Source of the DNA: Moraxella nasicaprae
GTDB lineage: Bacteria > Pseudomonadota > Gammaproteobacteria > Pseudomonadales > Moraxellaceae
Reading direction: 5' to 3'
Assembly (NCBI RefSeq): GCF_025643275.1
Contig: NZ_CP089977.1
Location: 600,001-632,000, forward strand
DNA length: 32,000 nucleotides
A program made the translations under genes and the position numbers. Below, in pieces: positions 17,257 to 26,158 of the stretch. Positions within the stretch are counted from its first letter, which is position 1. Each line of letters opens with the position of its first letter. The notes under the pieces are model-generated. The model made no database searches and was not told the origin of the DNA. It saw nothing but the letters and a program-made list of their open reading frames with translations.

Positions 17257-18780
17257 ATGAAATTCATTCAACGATACAATCAGCATAATCCAAAACTTTA
17301 TCATCATCAGCTGCCATCAGCACTGGATAATCCAAAACTGGTTCATCTAAATACCAAGCTGCTATCACAACTTGGCTTGGATACATCACTCATCGATTGG
17401 CAAGCCGTGATTGGCGGTCAGCTTGATGATTTGATGGCAGCTGCCAGTAAGCAAGGCGACAGTCTTGACCCCTTAGCCATGGTCTATGCAGGACATCAGT
17501 TTGGGCAATGGGCAGGACAATTAGGCGATGGGCGTGGACTGCTGATTGCCGAAGTGCTGGATAGGGCTGGGAATATTCATGAATTGCACCTCAAAGGTTC
17601 TGGAAAAACTCCCTATTCTCGTCATGGCGATGGGCGAGCAATGATTGCCAGTACAGTCAGGGAATATCTATGTTCGCACGCCCTATCACATCTGGGCATC
17701 GCCACATCGACCGCCATCGGCTTTGTGGTTTCAGACACACTCATTCATCGTGGGCAACCAGAACGAGCGGCCGCTTTGCTTAGAGTGAGTGATTGTCATG
17801 TTCGGCTTGGGCATATCGAATGGGTTGCCTGCTACGCCCCAGAGATTTTTCCTGCTTTCATTGATAAGTTAATCGCTGATTATTACCCCCAATTACATCG
17901 CTCCCAGACAAATAAAGCCACCGACATCGTCGCCTTTGTCAGGCAAATCGCCCTTCGCACCGCTCGACTGATTGCCAGCTGGCAACTGGTTGGATTTAGT
18001 CATGGCGTGATGAATACCGACAATCTTAACATCACAGGCAGTACGCTGGATTTTGGCCCGTTTGGTTTTATGGAACGCTTTGACCCAACTTGGATTAATA
18101 ACGCCTCTGACCACACCGCCCGTTATTGCTATCAAAATCAGCCCACCATCGGGCATTATAATCTTGCCACCAGTCTAAGGCATCTGTATCAGCTTGGATT
18201 GACAGGTGCCCATCTTCGCCAGATTTTATTGGATTATGAAAATGAATTCATCAAGCAATATCATCAAGGGCTGTTTGCCAAATTTGGATTTGAAGCCTTT
18301 GACTCATCACAACAAGATAACCTAGAACAGCTGTGTTATGATTTTTTATATTTATTACAAAATCATGCCTTAGATTACACCAATAGCTTTCGTGCATTGA
18401 TTGCTGTTGTTGATGAACGCCAGCATTTATCACAGTATGCTCATGAGTATGCCCTGCTGGATATTTTGTATCAAGAACTGGGTCATCAAGGCAAACAAGA
18501 CTGGGAAAACTGGCTAAAACGCTATAAGTCAGCAATCGCCCTATATCCATCGCCAACAACCACTCTCATCGACAAACTATCGGCCACCAATCCTGTCTAT
18601 GTCCTACGAAATCATTTGGCACAATCTGCCATTGATGGCGTGCTTAATGATGATTTTTCAGCATTAAATCGAATATTTACACTATTAAGCAACCCTTATC
18701 AATATCAAGACATCAGCAGCCCAAATGATGTGCATAGCAGCCCAAAAAGTCAGGTTGCTACGGTCAGTTGCCTCTCCTAA
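17257..18780 (+). CDS. selO: Protein adenylyltransferase SelO (YdiU family pseudokinase-fold AMPylase)
   Basis: 507 aa. Blocks typical of SelO/YdiU include YAGHQFGQWAGQLGDGRGLLIAEV, LHLKGSGKTPYSRHGDGRA, REYLCSHA, GFSHGVMNTDN and LDFGPFGFM. The tail ...TVSCLS has Cys as the antepenultimate residue. Confidence 0.95.
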   Translation: MKFIQRYNQHNPKLYHHQLPSALDNPKLVHLNTKLLSQLGLDTSLIDWQAVIGGQLDDLMAAASKQGDSLDPLAMVYAGHQFGQWAGQLGDGRGLLIAEVLDRAGNIHELHLKGSGKTPYSRHGDGRAMIASTVREYLCSHALSHLGIATSTAIGFVVSDTLIHRGQPERAAALLRVSDCHVRLGHIEWVACYAPEIFPAFIDKLIADYYPQLHRSQTNKATDIVAFVRQIALRTARLIASWQLVGFSHGVMNTDNLNITGSTLDFGPFGFMERFDPTWINNASDHTARYCYQNQPTIGHYNLATSLRHLYQLGLTGAHLRQILLDYENEFIKQYHQGLFAKFGFEAFDSSQQDNLEQLCYDFLYLLQNHALDYTNSFRALIAVVDERQHLSQYAHEYALLDILYQELGHQGKQDWENWLKRYKSAIALYPSPTTTLIDKLSATNPVYVLRNHLAQSAIDGVLNDDFSALNRIFTLLSNPYQYQDISSPNDVHSSPKSQVATVSCLS

Positions 18781-18827
18781 ATCCATAATATTATCATGGA
18801 TTTAGGCTTTTATGTTCGACCAATTGC

Positions 18828-18836
18828 TGTTATAAT
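18828..18836 (+). promoter_or_regulatory. Candidate extended -10 promoter (TGtTATAAT) for ccoS
   Basis: A perfect extended -10 lies 30 nt upstream of the ccoS ATG, just after a weak hairpin (18779-18803) behind selO. Confidence 0.4.
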
Positions 18837-18865
18837 GATACAATATTTTACAATATGGTGGTAAT

Positions 18866-19030
18866 ATGCCCAGTTTATACTTGCTCATTCCGCTAAGCCT
18901 AGTGCTATTTGTATTTGCCATTTGGGCAATTTATTATGCGGTCAAATCCAATCAATTTGAAGACTTGGACAATGCTCCTGAGCAAATCATTTTGGACGAC
19001 CGCCAAGAACGCCGAAAGCATCACCACTGA
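18866..19030 (+). CDS. ccoS: cbb3-type cytochrome oxidase maturation protein CcoS/FixS
   Basis: Not in the ORF track because it is only 54 aa. The translation is MPSLYLLIPLSLVLFVFAIWAIYYAVKSNQFEDLDNAPEQIILDDRQERRKHHH. This matches the CcoS pattern YLLIP...(TM)...WAV.S.Q[FY][ED]DLD....IL.DD. Confidence 0.85.
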   Translation: MPSLYLLIPLSLVLFVFAIWAIYYAVKSNQFEDLDNAPEQIILDDRQERRKHHH

Positions 19031-19042
19031 TACGAAACGACC

Positions 19043-19834
19043 ATGAACAGCACTTTGATATTTGCCGCCCTAGCAATGGGGTTTTTTGGATCACCACACT
19101 GTCTGGGTATGTGTGGTGGCATCGTAACCGCATTTGGCATTTCGATGCACAAACTCTCTCCCGCTCGCAGACGCTTGTTGATTGCTGGCTATCACTTAGG
19201 CAGGCTGGCAAGCTATTTGATTTTGGGTGTGATTGCCGCTTTATTTGGCAAACACCTGCTCGCTCCATTGATTGCCGATAATAACTTGCCTCGCTATCTT
19301 TTGGGTGGTGCGTTGGTATTTGTTGGACTGATGATGCTTGGCTTACCTGTGCTAAACCAATTGGAAAAACTAGGTTTATCGCTATGGAATGCCCTAGCAC
19401 CCATTCGTGCCAAAGTGTTGCCCATGAACACCCTACCAAAGGCGTTGATGGCTGGATTGCTGTGGGGCTTTTTGCCATGTGGTATGGTGTATGGTGCGTT
19501 AGGCATGGCAATCAGCTTGTCTGTCTCTGAATACATTGGACTGACGGCAGCAATTTTTATGGCGTTTTTTTGGCTAGGCACTTTACCAATACTGCTTGCC
19601 ACAGGCACAGTCATGAATTTTTTACACCAAAAAATCAGCCGTCTGCATCTGCGAGCGGTCAGCGGTGTGATTCTCATCATATCAGGATTGTTGGCGGCTT
19701 TTTCGATGCCGTTGATGCACAGCTTGCACGGCAATCACAGCCATCATGCACATCATACCAGCCATGAACATCACGCCGATGGCAATGTTACAGAGCATGA
19801 CATGCATGACCATCATCAGCATCACGCTCATTAG
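19043..19834 (+). CDS. DsbD_2 / TauE-SafE-like polytopic membrane protein with His-rich C-terminal tail
   Basis: 263 aa and about 6 TMs. Intramembrane Cys motifs are SPHCLGMCGG and FLPCGMVYG. This family is commonly found just after ccoS. The tail is HSLHGNHSHHAHHTSHEHHADGNVTEHDMHDHHQHHAH, with 17 His in the last 38 residues by my count. Confidence 0.85.
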   Translation: MNSTLIFAALAMGFFGSPHCLGMCGGIVTAFGISMHKLSPARRRLLIAGYHLGRLASYLILGVIAALFGKHLLAPLIADNNLPRYLLGGALVFVGLMMLGLPVLNQLEKLGLSLWNALAPIRAKVLPMNTLPKALMAGLLWGFLPCGMVYGALGMAISLSVSEYIGLTAAIFMAFFWLGTLPILLATGTVMNFLHQKISRLHLRAVSGVILIISGLLAAFSMPLMHSLHGNHSHHAHHTSHEHHADGNVTEHDMHDHHQHHAH

Positions 19835-19872
19835 ATGACAATAATCCTAACGCTGACTATTACCCAATAAAA

Positions 19873-19897
19873 AACAGCAGTCATCACGACTGCTGTT
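19873..19897. terminator. Terminator hairpin between the convergent DsbD_2-like gene and gdhA
   Basis: AACAGCAGTC-atcac-GACTGCTGTT is a perfect 10-bp stem. The minus-strand tail UUUUAUU is good, while the plus-strand tail UUCUUG is weaker. Confidence 0.85.
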
Positions 19898-19912
19898 CTT
19901 GTGCCAGATTGA

Positions 19913-21253
19913 TTACAAAATACCGTATGCCACCAAAGCATTCGCTACTTGGGTGAAGCCTGCGACATTCGCCCCTGTCATGTAGTCAATCGCCCCTTTG
20001 GTTGTACCATATTTATCAGCGGCAGCTTTGGCATTATCATGGATGTTTTTCATGATATTTTTTAGCTGTTCGTCCAGCTCTTCAAAAGTCTTGTATTGAC
20101 GCACAGAGTTTTGGCTCATTTCAAGACCTGATACCGCCACACCACCGGCATTGGCAGCCTTACCAGGAGCATAGGCAATGCCGTGTTCACGCACCACATC
20201 GATGGCGGCGGCATCTAATGGCATATTTGCACCTTCGGCAACATATTTCACGCCATTTGCCACCAGTTGCTTGGCTTCATCAGCATTGACCTCATTTTGA
20301 GTTGCACAAGGCAAGGCAATATCCGCCTTAAACTGCCAAGGCTTCTCGCCTGCACGCCATTCACCACCAAATTTTTCGACATATTCAGACAATGGCTTGC
20401 GTGCGTATTTTTGAGCCTTAACCCAGTCAATTTTTTCTTGGGTAAAGCCAGCTTCATCAAGCAAAACACCTTGTGAGTCAGAGAAAGTGATGACTTTTGC
20501 ACCCAGTTGCATTGCTTTTTCAGCAGCGTATTGTGCCACATTGCCAGAGCCTGAAACCAGCACCGTCTTGCCTGACAAGACATCATTGTTCGCTTTTAGC
20601 ATATTATCAAGGAAATATACCAAGCCATAGCCTGTCGCCTCAGTACGAATGAGCGAGCCACCAAAGCCAACACCCTTGCCAGTCAAAACACCTTCGTATT
20701 CACGAGTTAGGTTTTTATACATCGCAAACATGTAATTAACTTCACGACCGCCAACACCAATATCGCCTGCTGGCACATCCATGTCTTTGCCAATATTCTT
20801 GTGCAGCTCACGCATAAAGGCATAGCAAAAACGGCGAATTTCAGCGTCTGATTTGCCTTTTGGGTCAAAATCACTACCACCTTTACCACCACCCATCGGC
20901 AAACCAGTTAGAGCATTTTTGAAAATCTGCTCAAAACCTAAGAATTTTAGCACGCCCTCATTCACGGTTGGGTGAAAACGCAAGCCGCCCTTGTATGGAC
21001 CAATGGCGTTGCTAAATTGTACACGCCAGCCACGATTGACTTGCACTTCGCCTTGGTCATTTTCCCAATTCACACGAAACGAGATGATGCGGTCAGGCTC
21101 ACACAGACGCTCAAATACTTTTAGTTCTTCAAACTGAGGATTGTCAGCATAAACTTGCTTGATGGTCATCGCCACTTCTTGTACCGCTTGGATAAATTCT
21201 GGCTGATGGGCATAGTTTTTTTGTACATTTTGTACAGCAGACTCAATGGTCAT
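19913..21253 (-). CDS. gdhA: NADP-specific glutamate dehydrogenase
   Basis: 446 aa. It has the active-site motif LPMGGGKGGSDFDPKGKS and the Rossmann motif VSGSGNVAQYAA. The SD AAGGAG precedes the ATG. Confidence 0.97.
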   Translation of the reverse strand: MTIESAVQNVQKNYAHQPEFIQAVQEVAMTIKQVYADNPQFEELKVFERLCEPDRIISFRVNWENDQGEVQVNRGWRVQFSNAIGPYKGGLRFHPTVNEGVLKFLGFEQIFKNALTGLPMGGGKGGSDFDPKGKSDAEIRRFCYAFMRELHKNIGKDMDVPAGDIGVGGREVNYMFAMYKNLTREYEGVLTGKGVGFGGSLIRTEATGYGLVYFLDNMLKANNDVLSGKTVLVSGSGNVAQYAAEKAMQLGAKVITFSDSQGVLLDEAGFTQEKIDWVKAQKYARKPLSEYVEKFGGEWRAGEKPWQFKADIALPCATQNEVNADEAKQLVANGVKYVAEGANMPLDAAAIDVVREHGIAYAPGKAANAGGVAVSGLEMSQNSVRQYKTFEELDEQLKNIMKNIHDNAKAAADKYGTTKGAIDYMTGANVAGFTQVANALVAYGIL

Positions 21254-21438
21254 GGCAAACTCCTTGATATGTGACTAAAATTTGATACTTTGGTTAGGCA
21301 GCATTTTTATGACATTCATTATATATATCATAAAAAGTTGTACTATCATAAGTAAATATAATATAAACAGATTACTCGGGAAATGCAAGCGATTTTTTTC
21401 GGATTTTACGATTTTTTTATGGTATTTTTTGATAAATC

Positions 21439-21470
21439 AAAAAAACCCAAGTCATACATCACTTGGGTTT
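21439..21470 (-). terminator. Rho-independent terminator after the C13 peptidase gene
   Basis: AAACCCAAGT-N8-ACTTGGGTTT is a 10-bp stem. The minus-strand tail is U7 (rc of the A-run at 21439-21445). Confidence 0.85.
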
Positions 21471-21488
21471 TTATGGATTGGTCAAAGA

Positions 21489-22913
21489 CTACTGAGGCGT
21501 TTTGTCGATTGAGGTCACTTTTGTGCCAAACAGTCGAGATTCAAACTCTGGCAACATGGCAGCCATTTCTGCACCAAGATACATCTGTGGCTGACTTGGC
21601 TCAAAACCCATCAAGGCTTCTTTTTCACCCACTCGTTGCACCGCATGGTCAAATACCGCCTGCCAAGTATCGTGTGTCTTGTCCGCCAAACTTTGTTCCA
21701 AAAATGCTCGTCCAAAATAAGTCAAATCAGCATCATCAGTACAACCAAATGATGGTTTGTCCGCTGCTGATGCCGTGATAATCATCGTATAAGGGTCTTT
21801 TAAAGGATTGATGAATGCCCCAGAATAACACGCCGAGACCACAATCACACGCCAACGAATGCCTGAATTATCCAGTGCTTTTTTGAGCCAATAAGCATCA
21901 ATCTGGTCAAGCTCTAATGGCGGATTGACCACCGCAAGTTCGCCTGTTGGCTGATTCTCTTCATCAACCGTGCCATGCGAACTAAGCATCATAAACAGCA
22001 CATCTTCTTGTGGATTCATCTTGCCTGCAATGCCCGCCAAGCTGCGTTCAATATTGCTACGGCTGGCAATGGGAAAATCTTGCCAAGTCTGTGGATTGTT
22101 AATCAATGATATGGAGCGGTTTTGAGTGCCAAGCTGAGTGTCAAATAGTTTTTGGGCTTGCAATACTTCGCTGGCAAACACATTTTGATTGGCATAAGGA
22201 GCAATGCCCAAAAAATACCAATCAGGCACGCCTTTTTGTTCTTTGTGCAAATGCTCAATGGCCTGACCAAGTAGCACCGTCTGAGCATAAAACGCCTGCT
22301 CACCTAAGACAACTTTTTGTTCTTTGGTCTTAAAAATCGGCTGATTGACGACATTTTTTTGCCAAATCACCAGCAACACAATGGTTGCAAGCGGAATCAA
22401 TACTCGCTCCCACCACGACCAATGTAAGCGTTTGGCAAAAATCCACAACAAAGCCGTTGTCTGCCACACAAACAGTAAGACAAACACATTGGGCAAAATG
22501 CCATGCAGCCAAATCGCCAGCCAGCCTTTATTCTCCAAAAACTGAATGCCACTTTGTAATAAAATCAGCAAAGTATCTGCCGTTAGCCATAAAATCGCTG
22601 GCACAAAAAGTAGCGAATAATTCAAAGAACGCTTGGCAAGAATGATACCAGCCACCACCATGATGGACGGCCATACCAAATAACTGAGCAAGCCTTGTTC
22701 GTTAAAATAGCTGTCAGTCATTGCTGACAGATAGGCAAACAAAATATTGGCAGACAACGCTAATATTAAAAATAGCACAAACTGCCCAAAGGTTGGCTTA
22801 ACCCAACCAAAGGCTTTGGTACTGCCAAGCAACATCCAAAAAGCAGCCATCAAATTTGCAAAAAAATTCATCAATACTCTCAGCTTATTGTGCCAATCAA
22901 ACGCACCTGTCAT
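21489..22913 (-). CDS. Peptidase C13 (legumain-like, caspase-fold) family protein with N-terminal polytopic membrane domain
   Basis: 474 aa. The first about 190 aa form about 6 TM helices. The C-terminal domain has the His/Cys dyad context ...VLFMMLSSHGT... and ...RVIVVSACYSGAFI..., then ...SFGCTDD...TYFGRAF. These are typical of the bacterial C13 family as I recall it. Confidence 0.85.
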   Translation of the reverse strand: MTGAFDWHNKLRVLMNFFANLMAAFWMLLGSTKAFGWVKPTFGQFVLFLILALSANILFAYLSAMTDSYFNEQGLLSYLVWPSIMVVAGIILAKRSLNYSLLFVPAILWLTADTLLILLQSGIQFLENKGWLAIWLHGILPNVFVLLFVWQTTALLWIFAKRLHWSWWERVLIPLATIVLLVIWQKNVVNQPIFKTKEQKVVLGEQAFYAQTVLLGQAIEHLHKEQKGVPDWYFLGIAPYANQNVFASEVLQAQKLFDTQLGTQNRSISLINNPQTWQDFPIASRSNIERSLAGIAGKMNPQEDVLFMMLSSHGTVDEENQPTGELAVVNPPLELDQIDAYWLKKALDNSGIRWRVIVVSACYSGAFINPLKDPYTMIITASAADKPSFGCTDDADLTYFGRAFLEQSLADKTHDTWQAVFDHAVQRVGEKEALMGFEPSQPQMYLGAEMAAMLPEFESRLFGTKVTSIDKTPQ

Positions 22914-22996
22914 GCTGGCTATTGTATCACATTCACCTTAAAAAAATGCCAAGTGTTTCTTATTTGAACGATTTAATTCATCAGCCAATCTGATAC

Positions 22997-23027
22997 AAGA
23001 AAAACCGCCCAGAATTTGGACGGTTTT
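22997..23027 (-). terminator. Rho-independent terminator after htpG
   Basis: Minus-strand RNA reads CCGUCCA-aauuc-UGGGCGG (7 bp including one G:U pair), followed by UUUUUCUUG. Confidence 0.7.
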
Positions 23028-23046
23028 GGTTGAAAAATTCACTGAT

Positions 23047-24984
23047 TTATTTCAACAGCAGTTCATTCACTCGTCTTAAATACCCAGCAGGGTCGTCAAG
23101 CTGTCCGCCATCAGCCAAAATGGCTTGGTCAAAGATGACTTGACCCAAGTCATCAAATTGGGCAGAAGTCTCCAATTTGGCAATCAGTGGGTGGCTTGGG
23201 TTGATTTCAAGCGTGGGTTTGACATCAGGCACAGGCTGTCCCATCGCCTTTAACATCTGTGCCATTTGTGGGGTTAGCTCGCCATCACCCACCACGATAC
23301 AGGCAGGAGAGTCCACCAAACGACTTGACACTCGCACATCTTTGGCACGGCTACCCAAAAGCGATTTTAGGCGGTCTACCACAGGCTTAAAGGCTTCTTC
23401 TTGTTTTTTGGCTTCTTCTTTTTCGGCTTCATCGGTCAAATCGCCCAAATCCACCGCCCCTTTGGCAATGTTCTTTAATGGCGTGCCGTCAAATTCGGTC
23501 AAGAAATTCATCGCCCATTCATCCACCTTTGAAGTCATCAAAATTACTTCAATGCCTTTTTTGTTAAACAGTTCTAGTTGTGGGCTGTTTTTGGCACTTG
23601 CTAGATTGTCAGCGGTTAGATAATAAATGGCGTTTTGACCGTCTTTCATTCTTGCTTTATAATCAGCAAAACCTGTGGCAAGCTCGCTGTTTTGGCTTGT
23701 GGCGTAGCGAAGTAGCTTGGCGATTCGTTCTTGATTGCTCATATCCTCGCCCAAGCCTTCTTTTAGCACATCGCCAAATTCGGCATAAAATTCTTTGAAT
23801 TTGCTTTGTTTTTCGCCATCTTCACTGTTTGCCAAACTTGCCAAAAGGGTCAAAACACGGCGTGCGTTGCCATCACGGATTGCCTTAACATCACGAGACT
23901 CTTGCAAAATCTCACGGCTAACATTTAAGGGCAAGTCCGATGTGTCAATCACGCCCTTGACAAATCGTAGATACATCGGCAAAAGCTGCTCGGCATCGTC
24001 CATAATAAAGACACGCTTCACATACAGTTTAAGACCTCTTTGTTGTTCACGGGCGTACAGGTCGTAGGGGGCTTTTTTGGGAATGTAAAGGAGCTGGGTG
24101 TATTGCACTCGCCCTTCTACACGGTTGTGCGTCCACGCAAGTGGGTCGGTAAAGTCATAAGTGATGTTTTTATAAAAGCCTTGATATTCTTCATCGCTGA
24201 TCTCTGATGAATCCTTTGTCCACAAGGCAGATGCTTTGTTGATGGTTTCCCATTCATCGGTCAAAATGTATTGCCCTTTGCCAGCAACCACCTCGCCATT
24301 GTCATCAAGTTCATCTTGCCATTCTTCTTTACGCATTTGAATGGGCAAGCTGATATGGTCAGAATATTTGGATACTAAGGATTTGATTTTGTAGCGGTCA
24401 AGGTAATTTTTGTCGCCATCTTCATCATTGCCAGCGTATTCGTCTTTTAAATGCAGGGTAATGGTCGTGCCACGATTTGCCTTGTCAATGGCTTGGGTTG
24501 TAAATGCCCCTGTGCCATCTGACTCCCAACGCACGCCATTACCGCTTGGCTCGCCTGCTTTACGGCTTTCTACAACAATCTTGTCCGACACAATAAAGCC
24601 AGAATAAAAGCCAACACCAAATTGCCCAATCAAATGCCCATCTTTTTTGTCGGCTTCGGATAAGTTGTCAAGGAACGCCTTGGTGCCTGATTTGGCAATC
24701 GTGCCTAGATGTTCAATGGTATCCGCCTCGTTCATACCAATGCCATTGTCACTGATGGTTAGGGTTTTGGCGTCTTTGTCAAAGTCAATTTTAATCGCCA
24801 AATCGCCATCATTTTCGTACAGATTGCCATCGGTGGTCGCCAAAAAACGCAACTTGTCGCAAGCGTCAGACGCATTGGAAACGAGTTCACGGATAAAAAT
24901 ATCAGGGTTTGAATAAAGTGAGTGCGTTACAAGATGAAGTAGTTTGGTTACTTCGGCTTCAAATTGATGGTTGGTTGTGGTCAT
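23047..24984 (-). CDS. htpG: Molecular chaperone HtpG (Hsp90)
   Basis: 645 aa. It has the GHKL ATPase motifs ELVSNASDACDK, DNGIGM and GQFGVGFYS, and is collinear with HtpG over its full length. The SD GGAG precedes the ATG. Confidence 0.98.
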   Translation of the reverse strand: MTTTNHQFEAEVTKLLHLVTHSLYSNPDIFIRELVSNASDACDKLRFLATTDGNLYENDGDLAIKIDFDKDAKTLTISDNGIGMNEADTIEHLGTIAKSGTKAFLDNLSEADKKDGHLIGQFGVGFYSGFIVSDKIVVESRKAGEPSGNGVRWESDGTGAFTTQAIDKANRGTTITLHLKDEYAGNDEDGDKNYLDRYKIKSLVSKYSDHISLPIQMRKEEWQDELDDNGEVVAGKGQYILTDEWETINKASALWTKDSSEISDEEYQGFYKNITYDFTDPLAWTHNRVEGRVQYTQLLYIPKKAPYDLYAREQQRGLKLYVKRVFIMDDAEQLLPMYLRFVKGVIDTSDLPLNVSREILQESRDVKAIRDGNARRVLTLLASLANSEDGEKQSKFKEFYAEFGDVLKEGLGEDMSNQERIAKLLRYATSQNSELATGFADYKARMKDGQNAIYYLTADNLASAKNSPQLELFNKKGIEVILMTSKVDEWAMNFLTEFDGTPLKNIAKGAVDLGDLTDEAEKEEAKKQEEAFKPVVDRLKSLLGSRAKDVRVSSRLVDSPACIVVGDGELTPQMAQMLKAMGQPVPDVKPTLEINPSHPLIAKLETSAQFDDLGQVIFDQAILADGGQLDDPAGYLRRVNELLLK

Positions 24985-25016
24985 AAATTTCTCCGTTTAT
25001 TTTGTGAATGCCAGTT

Positions 25017-25044
25017 ATTTATGGGTTGATGGTATTTTTTCAAG
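25017..25044 (-). promoter_or_regulatory. Candidate sigma32 heat-shock promoter of htpG
   Basis: The minus strand reads CTTGAA (rc of 25039-25044), then N13, then CCCATAAAT (rc of 25017-25025). The E. coli sigma32 consensus is CTTGAAA-N13-15-CCCCATNT. The -10 lies about 35 nt upstream of the htpG ATG. Confidence 0.5.
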
Positions 25045-25050
25045 ATGAAA

Positions 25051-25092
25051 TAAAAACAAAAGACACCAATGCAGATGTCTTTTTTGTTGTTG
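25051..25092. terminator. Weak hairpin terminator after the 250-aa membrane-protein gene
   Basis: AAGACA-N10-TGTCTT is flanked by A/T runs. The minus-strand tail is UUGUUUUUA and the plus-strand tail is UUUUUGUUGUU. Confidence 0.45.
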
Positions 25093-25122
25093 GTAGATTA
25101 AAATCTAAAAATTCTTACCAAA

Positions 25123-25875
25123 TCAGTTTTGCAGTTTGCCCAGTTTATTTTTCTTATATTTTTTATAACCCACTCGTGCACCATATAAAGGAAGAGCAAA
25201 CACAATGAGCGACATCATGAACATAATCCCTTCTGGCAATCTTGGTGCATCACTCAACACCGCCATGATGACCAGACCAACTGAAAGCATCAACCCACCA
25301 ACAGCTCCGTATAAAAAGGCATAAGTCAGCATAAATCTCAACGCATTCATGCATGCAAACGCATTTTTATAAAGCATTTTCCCCCAGTGTTTTAGGCGAC
25401 CGTCTGATTTTTTACTCCATGGAAAATCCAATCCTCTTAGTTTTTCCTTATATGTTTTATGACGCTTATAGCCGACCCGCGCACCATAGATGGGCGAAAC
25501 ATAAAGCATTATTACAGATGGGATAAAGACAATCACAACCAGTATTTTAAAAATCGAATCTTGTAAAAAAGAACCAAGTGCCATTGTCAGCATCACAGCA
25601 ATCACACCAATCAAACCATACATAAAAACATAGCCAATCACCGATAAAAAGATGTTTTTATGAATGCGATTCTTAAAGCCTTGTGCTTGAACAGTTGATA
25701 GGTGTTTAATTAAAATTGCCTCAACCGATGCCAGACACTCCTCTCTGCTTATATTTTTTGGGGTAGGTTTAAAAAACAATCCTCCAAAAATATCCTTGTA
25801 TGTATTGCCAATATCGCTCTTTTGTGCCAATGCAAAAATTTTATTTCTTTGATTCTTGCTTTCATGTGCCAACAT
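25123..25875 (-). CDS. Hypothetical 4-TM membrane protein with internal duplication
   Basis: The track ORF starts at 25887, but the ATG at 25875 has GGAG 6 nt upstream. An N-terminal soluble region of about 75 aa is followed by two TM hairpins. Each ends in a near-identical basic motif: SPIYGARVGYKRHKTYKEK and LPLYGARVGYKKYKKNK. I recognise no family. The locus looks AT-rich. Confidence 0.65.
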   Translation of the reverse strand: MLAHESKNQRNKIFALAQKSDIGNTYKDIFGGLFFKPTPKNISREECLASVEAILIKHLSTVQAQGFKNRIHKNIFLSVIGYVFMYGLIGVIAVMLTMALGSFLQDSIFKILVVIVFIPSVIMLYVSPIYGARVGYKRHKTYKEKLRGLDFPWSKKSDGRLKHWGKMLYKNAFACMNALRFMLTYAFLYGAVGGLMLSVGLVIMAVLSDAPRLPEGIMFMMSLIVFALPLYGARVGYKKYKKNKLGKLQN

Positions 25876-26158
25876 AATCAACTCCATAGTTTAAAACTTA
25901 ACTTATTCTACATCAAAATCAAGCAAACCAAAAGTTAAATTCTTGGCTGCCGTTTAGTCTATTAGACTTAACAATATGGAAAATCAAACAAAACAATCAT
26001 TATATTCTCATATATAGAAAAAACTTTTATTATAATATAACATATTGATTTTGATGAAATTTTTGCCAAAAAATCCCTTTTATTTTGTAAGGAATTATGC
26101 TATTTTAATCATGAAGCATTTGTTGTTTTTAACCCAATTTCGACAACAGGAGCTTGTT

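Noticed and set aside
18987-19734. 174-aa and 146-aa minus-strand ORFs opposite ccoS and the DsbD_2-like gene
   Set aside because: The plus-strand genes have clear family motifs (the CcoS pattern, HCLGMCGG and PCG). The antisense translations are Cys/His/Ser/Pro-rich nonsense without SD sequences.
19720-19834. CAT/CAC-rich DNA encoding the His tail, considered as a possible phase-variable simple repeat
   Set aside because: The codons are interspersed (CAT CAC GCC GAT ...), with no uninterrupted mono- to tetranucleotide tract. It is a compositional feature of the protein, not a slippage-prone repeat.
23177-24916. Plus-strand ORFs (23177..23623, 23580..23798, 23795..24067, 24410..24607, 24647..24916) across htpG
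   Set aside because: These are Ser-rich shadow ORFs opposite the full-length HtpG frame.
25956-25968. 13-bp palindrome AGTCTA-T-TAGACT between the 250-aa gene and the ADH gene
   Set aside because: The arms are only 6 bp. Several occurrences are expected by chance, so it is not reportable as an operator without conservation data.
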